From contig MU058337.1 of the NCBI GenBank assembly GCA_013265495.1, positions 7,298,716 through 7,344,088 of the forward strand: a stretch of 45,373 bases of DNA. Direction: 5' to 3'. The DNA comes from Vicugna vicugna. Its lineage: Eukaryota. A model generated the notes under the pieces. It worked only from the letters and a program-made list of their open reading frames with translations. It was not told the DNA's origin and ran no database searches. Made by a program: the position numbers and the translations under genes. Shown one piece after another: positions 35,721 through 45,373 of the stretch (position 1 is its first letter; every line of letters begins with the position of its first letter).

Positions 35721-36714
35721 TCCTTGTTTCTAGCACTAGAAGACTTTCCTTGCACTGGGGCACGTTTGTCCTTCAGGGCCTCCTGGAAGAGGGCAGGCCG
35801 GGCTGCCCTTCCTTTACCCCCCGTCAGCGGTGACCCACTGCCCCCATGCTGGTGCTTGGCTGTGCTGATGGTCTCCCTGCCCCCGAAGAGAGTGGCCAGT
35901 GGGGGAGGGGTGGGCAGACTGAGCGCCGGCTCCAGGACCCGCCGCCTTCTAGGACCTGTCAAGCTGCTCTACCCTGCTGGCTCCTTTCCTGGAACGCGGG
36001 CTGGCCACAGGCGCCCCGGGGGTGTTGGGACTGGTGGGATAGTGTGTGTAAGGCGGCGCCCAGTGCAGACCAGGCACACAACAAACAGTGGGTCTCAATC
36101 TCCCCACCTCTACCCAGGCAGGCCATGGCCCTTCTGTGCTGCAGTCTGCTCCCCGTGCGACCGTCCTGGGGCAACCTCCTCAGATGATATGGACAGACAT
36201 GATTTGCTACAGAAACTCCATTTTCCTGTATTTTACATGTAAAGGCCTTCTTCCCTATTGAAGCGAGTTAGAGATACTGTTCCTGAGTTGGATGTGCTCA
36301 GTAACACAGAGGATATGGGCGAGGCTGGGGGGGTGGGTAATGGAAAAGTCGGCGTCCTGTCCACTGCAGAGCCCGGTGCTGGGTTGGCTTTGGTAATGAC
36401 CACCTGGAGGGGGCTAAAGGCCAGAGGGCCCTCCCTCTTGTGTGAAAGTTTTGATCCCGGATGTCACCCGAAGTCAGCATTGTGTGTCATTCCCCATCCA
36501 CCTTTAACTGTGTTGCTGAAATAATAGAGAAACTCAGAATGCAGCTGGGGACCAGGGTGGCCACGGGGATCCACCCTTCTCCTGTGATTGCAGGCCATCT
36601 GAGTAACTGAAGATCAGTTAAGTGATAGGGGCTGAACTTGATTTACCTGGGGTGGTTTGCAGAGTGCCCGTGAGTTAAAAAAAAAAAAAAAGTTGGCTTC
36701 ATGTTTTACCACTT

Positions 36715-37142
36715 GTCTGGAAGAAGAAACTTTCTCTTTCCTCTTTGACTAGGGAGCCTGCAAATGAAAATGACCGAGGACAGATTAACATGGAAAAAAA
36801 AAGTTTATAAGTATTTACTCTCATTAAACTATTCAAGGTAGAGGCTTATATACAGAGCTCAATAGGGAAAAGGGAGGGAAGAACACAGAAGTTTCTGCGG
36901 GAAAGACAGGTGGGTTTTCAGAAGGACAAACACAGCGTGCAGTTTGTGGTCACGTTGGTCCCCTTGGGGCTGCACGCCTCCTGCCTCCTGCGACAGGCCC
37001 CAAAGAGGGATGTGTGGCAGCCTCGTCTCTCAGATCAAGGAGGCTCTGAGGAGGCTGCTTTCTGTGTCTTAGGAATCCGAAGTGTCTTCGGCTTAAAATT
37101 ACTTCCATTTCAAACTAGGGTTCCGGGAGGGCCCCCTGTACA
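36715..37142 (-). mobile_element. ERV1 (MER4-group-like) solo LTR
   Basis: CCTGCAAATGAAAATGAC...ACAGATTAACA...AAGTTTAT and TGTCTTCGGCTTAAAATTA motifs recalled from MER31/MER67-type LTRs. Family uncertain. Confidence 0.5.
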
Positions 37143-37804
37143 CTCTTTTCACTCCTGTCAGTTGTCACCTGTGTGCTGGTCCCAGCTTCTCCTGAAGGGC
37201 ACAAACCACGTTGCCAGTGGGGCACTCTGGAGTTAATGTGGCACTAACAGCTCCAGCTCACGGGCACTGATGTGTGCTGGGCCTGCCCCTCTGACATGGG
37301 TGGTCTTTAGTGCCCCCACAGATGGGAAACCAAATGCGACTGCGGGCATGGTGTCAGGGGTCACGGAGCTGATGAGGGTCAGAGGCAGGATCCTACCCGG
37401 TCTCCAGATTCTGTGGTCATGCACAGCTTCTTAGCAGAAGGGTACCTTTGCTGTAAAAACCACATTCTTCAGGAAGTCTGTTTTGATAAGACCTTGTGCA
37501 TGGTTAATACCACTTGGGCTCAGCCTTTCCCAGTGACTGGGGGGCAAAGGAGTGCAGTGCAGAAGCAGAAACAGCTCACTTCATTGCAGTTTCATACTGA
37601 AAAAATCTTGTTCTTTGTTAACAATGCAGAATCTGCCCTGCTTCTCTTACCTTCTTTTAACCTTCCTGTCATCTGTCTGTCTGTCAAGCCCCCGTGAGGG
37701 TGGGGAGCGCCAGCTTTCAGTCACCCATTCCAGACAGTCAGGGCGAGTCTGCCCATAAGTGGTGCCATTAGTGATGATGTGTCTCCATTAAATTAACTTC
37801 TGCA

Positions 37805-38995
37805 AGTAAAAATTACCAAAAGCAAAATAGAAAGATAAATGAGGAAAATGCTGTGTTTGTGGCTCATATTACAAGAGGCTACTTTATGTTAAAAGCTGCT
37901 ACTTTAAAAAGGTTAGTAACCCAATGGAAACATAAATGAAAGAGGATTCACAAGAGAAACGTGCACGACTTTTCAGCGCATAAGTTCAGTCTCGTTACAA
38001 TAAGAGAAAGATAAGCTCCACGAGATGCCTTTTTTATTTTTCACCCCTGCTTGTGGGTTGGTGACTGTCTGCATTCGCTGGGGCCCTGTAACAAAGTCCC
38101 GCAGGCTCAGGGCGTCAGCAGCACAAGTTTAGTTCCCTTGAAGCTCTGGAGGCCGGAAGGCCGAGGCCCAGGGGTCGGCAGGGGCGGTTTCCTCTGAGGC
38201 CTGTCTCTCCTGGCGGCTTCTCCCGTGTCCTCGCGTGGTCTTCCCTCTTTGTGAGCCTGTGTCCTGATCTCCTCTTCTTACAAGGACACCAGGCAGACTG
38301 GGTTAGGGCCCACCTCTGTGATAGCCTGTACCGTGATCACCTCTCCAAAGACCCTGTCTCCAAATACGGTCACATTTTTCAGTACTTCAGGTTTAGACAT
38401 CAACATACAAATTTGAGAAGGGGGCACAATTCTGTTCCTAGCAATGACCAAAAAAAGTTTGATCACACTCTGTCTGCAAAGAAAAGGGGAAATTGGCACT
38501 CAGACATTGCTGGAGGCAGTCTAAATGGAGCCACCCTCTTTGAAGAATAATTTGTCATTATCTGTCATTATCTGTTTAAATTCAAGTGGATTCCTCTGGC
38601 CTGGCGATTCCTCTCCCAGGAACTCCCCAAATGATATTTTCTATGAGGTTCTTGAGCTGATGCCTGGCTCATGATTGCAGAAGAATGGAAACAACCTAAT
38701 GTTGTCAATAGGTTGAAAAGTTTGTATTTTCTTTTAAGGGGAGATTCCTTTATGGGCAAGTATAGAATGCTCAAAGGAGAAGCGGGGCATAGAACACTGT
38801 ATAGAAGGTTACACTTGGATAGAAGGCGAGAAAGAGTTTATAGGTGTTTGCATAAGATGCTTCTCTGAGGTTACAGAAGATGGGATGAAAACTTGCTGGG
38901 TGTGGAGGCTGGACAGCCAGGAGCCAGGGGTGAGAGGGAAACTTCTCACTTTATACACTCAGTACCTTTTAAATTTTGGATCCTGAATTTATTAA
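37805..38995 (+). mobile_element. L1ME-like 3' fragment interrupted by an MLT1 LTR
   Basis: A-rich: AACCCAATGGAAA, GGCACTCAGACATTGCTGG, GAATGGAAACAACCTAA, TACCTTTTAAATTTTG. Confidence 0.6.
38066..38443 (-). mobile_element. MLT1A/B solo LTR, full length (378 bp)
   Basis: TG...CA termini, TGTAACAAAGT, CTGGAGGC, TCTTCTTACAAGGACACCAG, AAAGACCCTGTCTCCAAATACGGTCACATT. 5-bp TSD GTGAC/ATGAC. Confidence 0.9.
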
Positions 38996-39449
38996 ATAAA
39001 TAACCCATTTTCTTTCCCTTATCAGAAAATTCTGTCACAAGCTCATTCATAATTTTTGTTGTTTGAGGTCATTTTTAAGAAATGAAATTATTCTGATTAA
39101 AATCATTCTTATTTTAAGAAATCTTACGTATTTTTCTTAGGGTACCCCACAAGTCACAATTTGGCAGGTTTTATGAGGGCAGTGGTTCTGCATCTGAGCT
39201 GTGACAAGACTTGGTCACCAGGAACAGGTGGAATGTGTCCCTTGACCAGACCACCCTTCTCAGATATTCTTGCTTCAAGACTGGCAGGGCAGTAATTATT
39301 TTTCATTCTAGTGTAGAACGTGTATGAGTCGTTGTTCCAGATTTCATTTTGCTCAGAAATTCCCATGCAGAGAAATACCACTTAGTCTTGCTAATCGGGC
39401 TGTTTTGGTTTTGCCGGCTTATTCTGAGGCACTTAACGGGTGATTATGT

Positions 39450-39640
39450 TAATGTTTAGTACCTTGAGCTTTGCAAAGGGCTTTCACGTTCATTTTATTG
39501 TCAGTTGAACTGTAAGGGTTGGAAGCACAGATTATCGCCATCTTTTCGTGGATGAGGGATTCAGAGCTTTGATGTCTCACAGTGAGTGGTGGTGGTGGTC
39601 TAGCTGGGGGTCTCAGGGTATAAACTGGCTCTGCCAAGTT
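39450..39640 (-). mobile_element. MIR
   Basis: GCAAAGGGCTTTCAC...ATTATCGCCATCTTTTCGTGGATGAGG...TCACAG. Confidence 0.55.
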
Positions 39641-39710
39641 GTGGAGAGGACTGTGGTCAGCACTTGCGGTGCAGTAACACGTCAAGCTTATGAATGTGGA
39701 TCATGCAGTT

Positions 39711-39922
39711 CAGAGGTTTCCAGTGGGGGTGGTTCTGGCCCCCAGAGGACAGGACATTGGCGGTGCCTGGGGATGTTTAACATTGTCAGAACTGGACATG
39801 TAGTGCCCGCCTCTAGTGGGTGGAGGCCAGGGATGCTGCTGTACACCCTGCAGTGCACCCCCACCCCCACCCCCCACATCTCCAGCCTCAAAGGTCAGGA
39901 GCACCGAAGGTCTGAAATCCTG
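39711..39922 (+). mobile_element. MER20 hAT-Charlie element
   Basis: GGACATTGGCGGTGCCTGGGGA...TTGTCA...CTCTAGTGGGTGGAGGCCAGGGATGCTGCT...GAAATCCTG. Confidence 0.85.
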
Positions 39923-40556
39923 ACAAAGCCGAACGGGAGTGCTTCACCCGCAACCCTCACTTTCCTGAGCTTGTCCATTTACTCCGCTTTGAACGTGTCG
40001 TCTTTAAGGATTGATGGTAGTAGAAAGTATTATTTGAGATCATGACTGATGGCAGACTGAAGAGGCCTCCTCTGCCTGTGTTGAGTGTGTGTCCTGCCCT
40101 GGAGCTGTGGTGCTGCAGGTGTGCCACCTGGTGCCACACGGTCCTGCATTTGCACCAAGGCCTCCACAGATGCTGAAGTCTGCCTTTCACTTTGTCCCTG
40201 GTTTTCATAACATCCGCAGCATCTCTGTCCTGACCTGGTTTGTGAGCTAGGCAGAGGTGTTTCTAGCACCCTTCCCTCTCGGGAGGAAAGAGAAAGCAGC
40301 ATCCGGGGGTTACAGTTTGGGGATGTGAGCCAGGAGAGGGAGGAGCCAAGCAGAACCAATAACCTTAGGGTGCACTGGGACGTGGGAGAATCAGACCGGA
40401 GAAAGTGGGAAAGTAGTTGAGCCCAGAGGAGTGGAGGAAAGTGTCAGGGGTAGGTGAGGAATGAGTGGAGGGGTCACTGGTGTGAGTAGGTCCCCCTTGG
40501 GACTAGGGCTCACTGGTAGTGGGAGGCGGTGGGGGACGGAGGACACTGCTGGCCAG

Positions 40557-40575
40557 GCTGCCCTCTGGTGGCGGC
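40557..40575 (-). promoter_or_regulatory. Candidate CTCF-binding motif
   Basis: Minus strand reads GCCGCCACCAGAGGGCAGC, a close match to the CTCF core CCASYAGRKGGCRS. Motif only, no occupancy data. Confidence 0.55.
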
Positions 40576-40999
40576 TGAGCTGGACCTCCTTGGAAGCAGG
40601 GAGAGTGAGGACAGAGTTTGGGCCTGGAGTCCTGGGGGTGGGCACCCTGGTGCATGTCCTCAGAGGCCAGGCCTGTGAGCTGTGATGTGCAGGAGGCCGG
40701 GCAGGAGGACTCCAAGCCTGTGGTGTTGGAGCCAGGCATGGAAGGGAGGAGGTAGATGGATGCTTGTGCAGGGCTGGGGTTGGGAGTTCGTACTGAAGTT
40801 TGGTAGAAGTTATCAGTTACTTTAAAACCAGCAATTGGGTTAAAGGGAAAGGAGATTCACTCTCCCTCCAGGGATGGCCTGTGGGCACCTTTGTCACCAT
40901 GTCCTCTGCCGCCCCCTCCAGGGCTGCCTGTCAGTGAAGGGAGTGGCCAGGCACCCTTTCGAGTGAGGCCCCCTGACCTGCTGGGCTCCGCATCCCATG

Positions 41000-41330
41000 G
41001 CTGCCCCTCTGCCTCCTGGACCCCTGACCGCACACCCTTCACTGCTGTCTCCGGCCCTTCTCCACACACCTCGAGCACTCTTTAGGAGCCAGCGTCTGCT
41101 CTGGTGGCCTTCAGTGACCTTTGGGAGAAGGTGTGAAGTGCTTAACACAGGCTACAAGATAGACCTTTCTCTGTAGGCTCTTTCCTTCTACAGCTTCCCT
41201 CCTGCCCATCTGCTGGCACCTGCGCTCGTCCCCTCACTGCCTCCCCCACCTCGGTGCCAGCTCATTTGCTTTATCTTAAGACACTTGGTTCCACCCCCGA
41301 GATCTGGCTGGTCCCTGCTGTCCCCTCTCC
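41000..41330 (+). mobile_element. L2 fragment (degenerate)
   Basis: C/T-rich; CTTCAGTGACCTTTGGGAGAAGGTGTGAAGTGCTTAACACAGGCTACAAG resembles the L2 3' region. Confidence 0.4.
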
Positions 41331-43037
41331 TGGGCCCCACTCTGGGAGTTGTCAGGCGTCAGCGGTCGTCAGTGGTCGAGTAGGTCTGTCTTAGTTGTAG
41401 AAGGCAGGGCTCCCCGCTCCCCGCAGGCAGAGCAGGCGTGGCCCAGAGGGAGCGGGGACTGGCCAAGCAGAGCACACAGGAGCTGGTGGGGGGAAGGTGC
41501 CGCCCCACTTTCTGGCCAACACAGTGGCTGCCGTGAGCGCCACACTCAGTGAGGTTGGAAAGCAGCTTCAGGTGGGGACCAGTGGAACCTTTCATGATTC
41601 ATTTCCCATTCCCCAACTGGTGGAACTGGTGGAACCAAGGACAAAAGCTCGTTGGTCTTAGGACCTGGCCAAGGTATTTAAAAAGCAGTGGCCTGAATGA
41701 AGGACCCAGCAATATCTTCCTAAGTGCCCCGCCCCAGTCTGGCCGACCTCACTGTGGGTAGAGTTCAGACCCTGCATGTCTGGTTCCAGGAACGAGCTGC
41801 TTGGTTGTGGAAGTTGGGCTGGTCTTGTTGCTCCATCTCTCGCTCCCAGAGGGCGAAGCCTTTACAGTGAAGGGTGGGGCTGAATAAAGCCTTTCCGCTG
41901 GGGAGCCTAGGTTTGCCAGTTGTTTGCTTTGGCTGAAATTCCCCTGAGGGTTTAAGACAACACAGGATAAAGGGTCACTTTGTCCCCTTTTAGGCTCCCT
42001 GAAAGGGGAAGGTAGCCATATGCAGGGTCACTTTGTTCCCAGGCTGGCAGGCAGGTGAGCAGTTGGCCGCGGGGCCAGCCCAGCAAGGACTAGAAATGTG
42101 GAGCTTCAGAACGGAGGGCGAGGTGGATCACTTGTCTTGCTGCTTCCGGAAGTAGCGTGGTGGCCCCACACCTCGGAGTCAGGGCAGATTGTTTCCCAGG
42201 CGGTCCTGTTGCTCAGCCCCGGCTCCCTGCAGGTGGGAGTGGAGGGGGCACCTGCCGGCCACCGCTTCTCTCACTGCTGGGGACTCACCCTCAACACCAT
42301 CTAATAAAAGGGATGGAAGCTGGGCCAGACGGCGCTGGAGGAAAGGGTGTGGGAGTAGAAATGTGAACTTCCATGTTCCTTGTAGAAAAACAGTTGAGCT
42401 TTCTTGTGCTGTCCAAAATGGTGTTGGCCACCCCTGCGAGAGTTGATTTCTAGCCCTCTGGGACTTGTGTTTGAAAAGAGAACTCTGGGAGTCATAGGGG
42501 CTGCGTGGCTTCAGGAGAGACAAAGGGAAAAGACACCAGACCTGGAGGCTGGTGAGGGGTGCTGGAGGACAGGCTCTGGGCAGCAGGTGGAAGGCTACAT
42601 GAGCTGTGCTGCCTTCTCTGTGCGTCTTAGAGCTGCAGGCCGGAGGAAGGGGACCTGTCCCCATGGCTGTGCTCCTGGCACCTCCTGGCTGACGCCCGTG
42701 GCAGGACCTGCATGGCTGCTGCTGGCTTTGCCTGGTTTTGGGGACTGGTTTCCAAACCCTCCTGCACCTGAGGGTCACCTGCTGAGGTGGTGTGGAAATG
42801 GGTGTCCTTACCCTCTGGTTCAGTAGGTGTGGGACCCCCTGCCTGGATGGGAGGGTCTGATGTGGGATCCCCGCTGACACAATGCAGGTTTCCCACATGG
42901 AACTCCCTCAGACACACTTTCCTTGCTGTTGCATATGTATAAAAGCTCCTAGTTCCAAAATCACGGTGAAAAATATAAAATAATCTTTTTTGCCTTTAAA
43001 AAAAAATAACTTCCCTCCCTCTTTTTTGTTTTTGTAG

Positions 43038-43094
43038 GACACTAAATTGTGGATAATAATGGAATATCTTGGTGGAGGCTCCGCACTGGATCTA
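43038..43094 (+). CDS. STK24: STK24/MST3 coding exon 3 (gatekeeper Met and hinge)
   Basis: Acceptor CTTTTTTGTTTTTGTAG ends at 43037; donor is CTA|GTAAGT at 43095. 57 nt = DTKLWIIMEYLGGGSALDL, continuing exon 2 in frame (YLK|DTKLW). Too short for the ORF track. Confidence 0.96.
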
Positions 43095-43146
43095 GTAAGT
43101 ATCACATCGGATGTTTAATACGCATCAAAGCTCTTACCAGTAAATC

Positions 43147-45373
43147 TTTTTTTTCAAACTTTTTTTATTGAGTTATAGTCATTTTACAGTGTTGTCAAAT
43201 TCCAGTGTAGAGCACAGTATTTCAGTTATACCTGAATATACATATATTCATTGTCACATTTATTTCGCTGTGAGCTACAAGATCTTGAATCTATTTCCCT
43301 GTGCTATACAGTATAATCTTGTTTATCTATTCTACATATGCCTGTCAGTATCTACAATTTTTGAAATCCCAGTCTGTCTCTTCCCATCCCCCTGCCCCCT
43401 TGGCAACCACAAGTTTGTATTCTGTGTCTATGAGTCTGTTTCTGTTTTGTATTTATGTTCTTTTTTTTTTTTTTAAATTCCACATATAAGCAATCTCATA
43501 TGGTATTTTTCTTCCTCTTTCTGGCTTACTTCACTTAGAATGACATTCTCCAGGAACATCCATGTTGCTGCGAATGGCGTTATGTTTTTTTTATGGCTGA
43601 ATAGTATTTCATTGTATAAACATACCACATCTTCTTTAACCAGTCATCTGTCAATGGACATTTAGGCTGTTTCCATGTCTTGGCTATTGTAAATAGTGCT
43701 ACTATGAACATTGGGGTGCAGATGTCTTTTTGAAGTAGGATTCCTTCTGGATATATGCCCAGGAGCGGGATTCCTGGGTCATATGGTAAGTCTATTCCTA
43801 GTCTTTTGAGGAATCTCCATCCTGTTTTCCACAGTGGCTGCACCAAACTGCATTCCCACCAGCAGTGTAGGAGGGTTCCCTTTTCTCCACAGCTTCTCCA
43901 GCATTTTTCATTTGTGAACTTCTGAATGATGACCATTCTGCCTGGTGTGAGGTGATACCTCATTGTAGTTTTGATTTGCATTTCTCTGATAATTAGTGAT
44001 ACTGAGCATTTTTTCATGTGCCTATTGATCATTTGTATTTCTTCCTTGGGGAATTGCTTGTTTAGGTCTTCTGCCCATTTTTGGATTGGGTTGTTTGCTT
44101 TTTTCTTATTAAGTCGTATGAGCTGCTTGTGTATTCTGGAGATCAAGCCTTTGTGGGTTTCATTTGCAAAAATTTTCTCCCCTTCCGTAGGTTGTCTTTT
44201 TGTTTTACTTATGGTTTCCTTTGCTGTGCAGAAGCTTGTAAATTTCATAGGTCCCATTTGTTTATTCTTGCTTTTATTTCTATTGCTTGGGTAGACTGCC
44301 CTAGGAGAACATTTTTGAGATGTTTGTGAGATAATGTTTTGCCTATATTTTCTTCTAGGAGGTTTATTGTATCTTGTCTATGTTTAAGTCTTTAATCCAT
44401 TTTGAGTTGATTTTTGTGTATGGTGTAAGGGAGTGTTCTAGCTTCATTAATTTACATGCTGCTGTCCAGTTTTCCCAACACCATTTGCTGAAGAGACTGT
44501 CTTTATTCCACTGTATATTCTTACCTCCTTTGTCAAAGACTAGTTGACCAAAAGTTTGTGGGTCCATTTCTGGGCTCTCTATTGTGTTCCATTGGTCTAT
44601 ATGTCTGTTTTTGTACCAATAGCATGCTGTCTTGATTACTGTAGCTCTGTAGTATTGTCTGAAGTCTGGGAGAGTTATTCCTTCAGCCTCTTTCTTTTTC
44701 TTCAGTAATGCTTTGGCAATTCTAGGTCTTTTGTGGTTCCATATAAATTTTATTGTGATTTGTTCTAGTTCTGAAATATGTCCTGGGTAATTTGATAGGG
44801 ATTGCATTAAATCTGTGGAATGCCTTGGGCAGTGTGACCATTTTAACAATATTGATTCTTCCAATCCAGGAGCATGGGGTATCTTTCCATTTGTTTTACG
44901 TCTTCTTTAATTTCCTTCATCAGTGGTTTATAGTTTTCTGTGTATAATTCTTTCACCTCCTTGATTAGATTTATTCCTAGGGATTTTATTGCTTTGGGTG
45001 ATGTTTTAAAGGGGATTGTTTCTTTACTTTCTTTTTCTGTTGATTCATCATTAGTGTAAAGAAATGCAACTGATTTTTGAACATTAATCTTGTAACCCAC
45101 TACTTTGCTGAATTCTTCGATTAGTTCTAGTAGTTTTTGTGTGGACCTTTTAGGTTTTTCTATATATAGTAACATGTCGTCTGCATATGGTGACACTTGT
45201 ACCCCTTCTTTTCCAATTTGGATCCCTTTTATTTCTCTCTCTTGCCTGATTGCTGTTGCTAGGACTTCCAAGACTATGTTGAATAGGAGTGGTGTTAGGG
45301 GGCAGCCTTGTCTTCTCCCAGATCTTAATGGGAAGCTTTTGAGTTTTTCATCGTTGAGTACTATGCTGGCTGT
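43147..45373 (-). mobile_element. Young LINE-1 (camelid-type 3' UTR), antisense in intron 3, continues past the window end
   Basis: T-runs at 43147-43166 are the poly(A) tail on the minus strand; TTTATT at 43164-43169 reads AATAAA on minus. About 430 nt of 3' UTR is followed by clear L1 ORF2 protein similarity. Confidence 0.96.
43580..45373 (-). pseudogene. Disrupted L1 ORF2 (reverse transcriptase and C-terminal Cys-rich domain)
   Basis: ORF pieces 44843-45271 (RT motif YADD), 44364-44864 ([22 protein letters not shown]) and 43580-44257 ([18 protein letters not shown] knuckle, YSAIKK terminus) are collinear but broken into separate ORFs. Confidence 0.92.

Larger units (their letters stand above)
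15799..43037 (+). other. STK24: STK24 intron 2 (27,239 nt, GT-AG)
   Basis: Bounded by GTAAGG and TTTGTAG between the two in-frame exons. Confidence 0.93.

Noticed and set aside
43580..45373. Active reverse transcriptase or novel retro-element system
   Set aside because: Ordinary L1 ORF2 broken into several ORFs, so it cannot be retrotransposition-competent.
1..45373. CRISPR arrays, operons or other prokaryotic defence systems
   Set aside because: The sequence is mammalian intron/exon DNA with no repeat-spacer arrays or prokaryotic gene density.

Overview
Mammalian genomic DNA, most likely camelid (inferred from two Vic-1-type tRNA-derived SINEs and the 3' UTR of a young L1). The window lies inside STK24 (MST3, a GCK-III Ste20-like kinase) on the + strand. 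It holds the end of intron 1, coding exon 2 (15568-15798, 231 nt), a 27.2-kb intron 2, coding exon 3 (43038-43094, 57 nt, missing from the ORF track) and the start of intron 3. Intron 3 is occupied by a frameshifted antisense L1 that begins only 52 nt after the exon 3 donor. The rest is intronic sequence with decayed repeats (MIR, L2, L1M, MER5, MER20, MLT1, an ERV1-like LTR) and microsatellites. Nearly all other listed ORFs look like chance ORFs. I found no convincing previously undescribed biological system. The most notable observations are the exon-proximal L1 next to an in-frame-skippable hinge exon, a SINE with an exactly inverted B-box arm, candidate poison-exon and recursive-splice signals in intron 2, a strong CTCF motif, and CpG-rich old repeats. 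Repeat family names and boundaries come from recalled consensus motifs, not database searches, and are approximate unless TSDs or TIRs are given.
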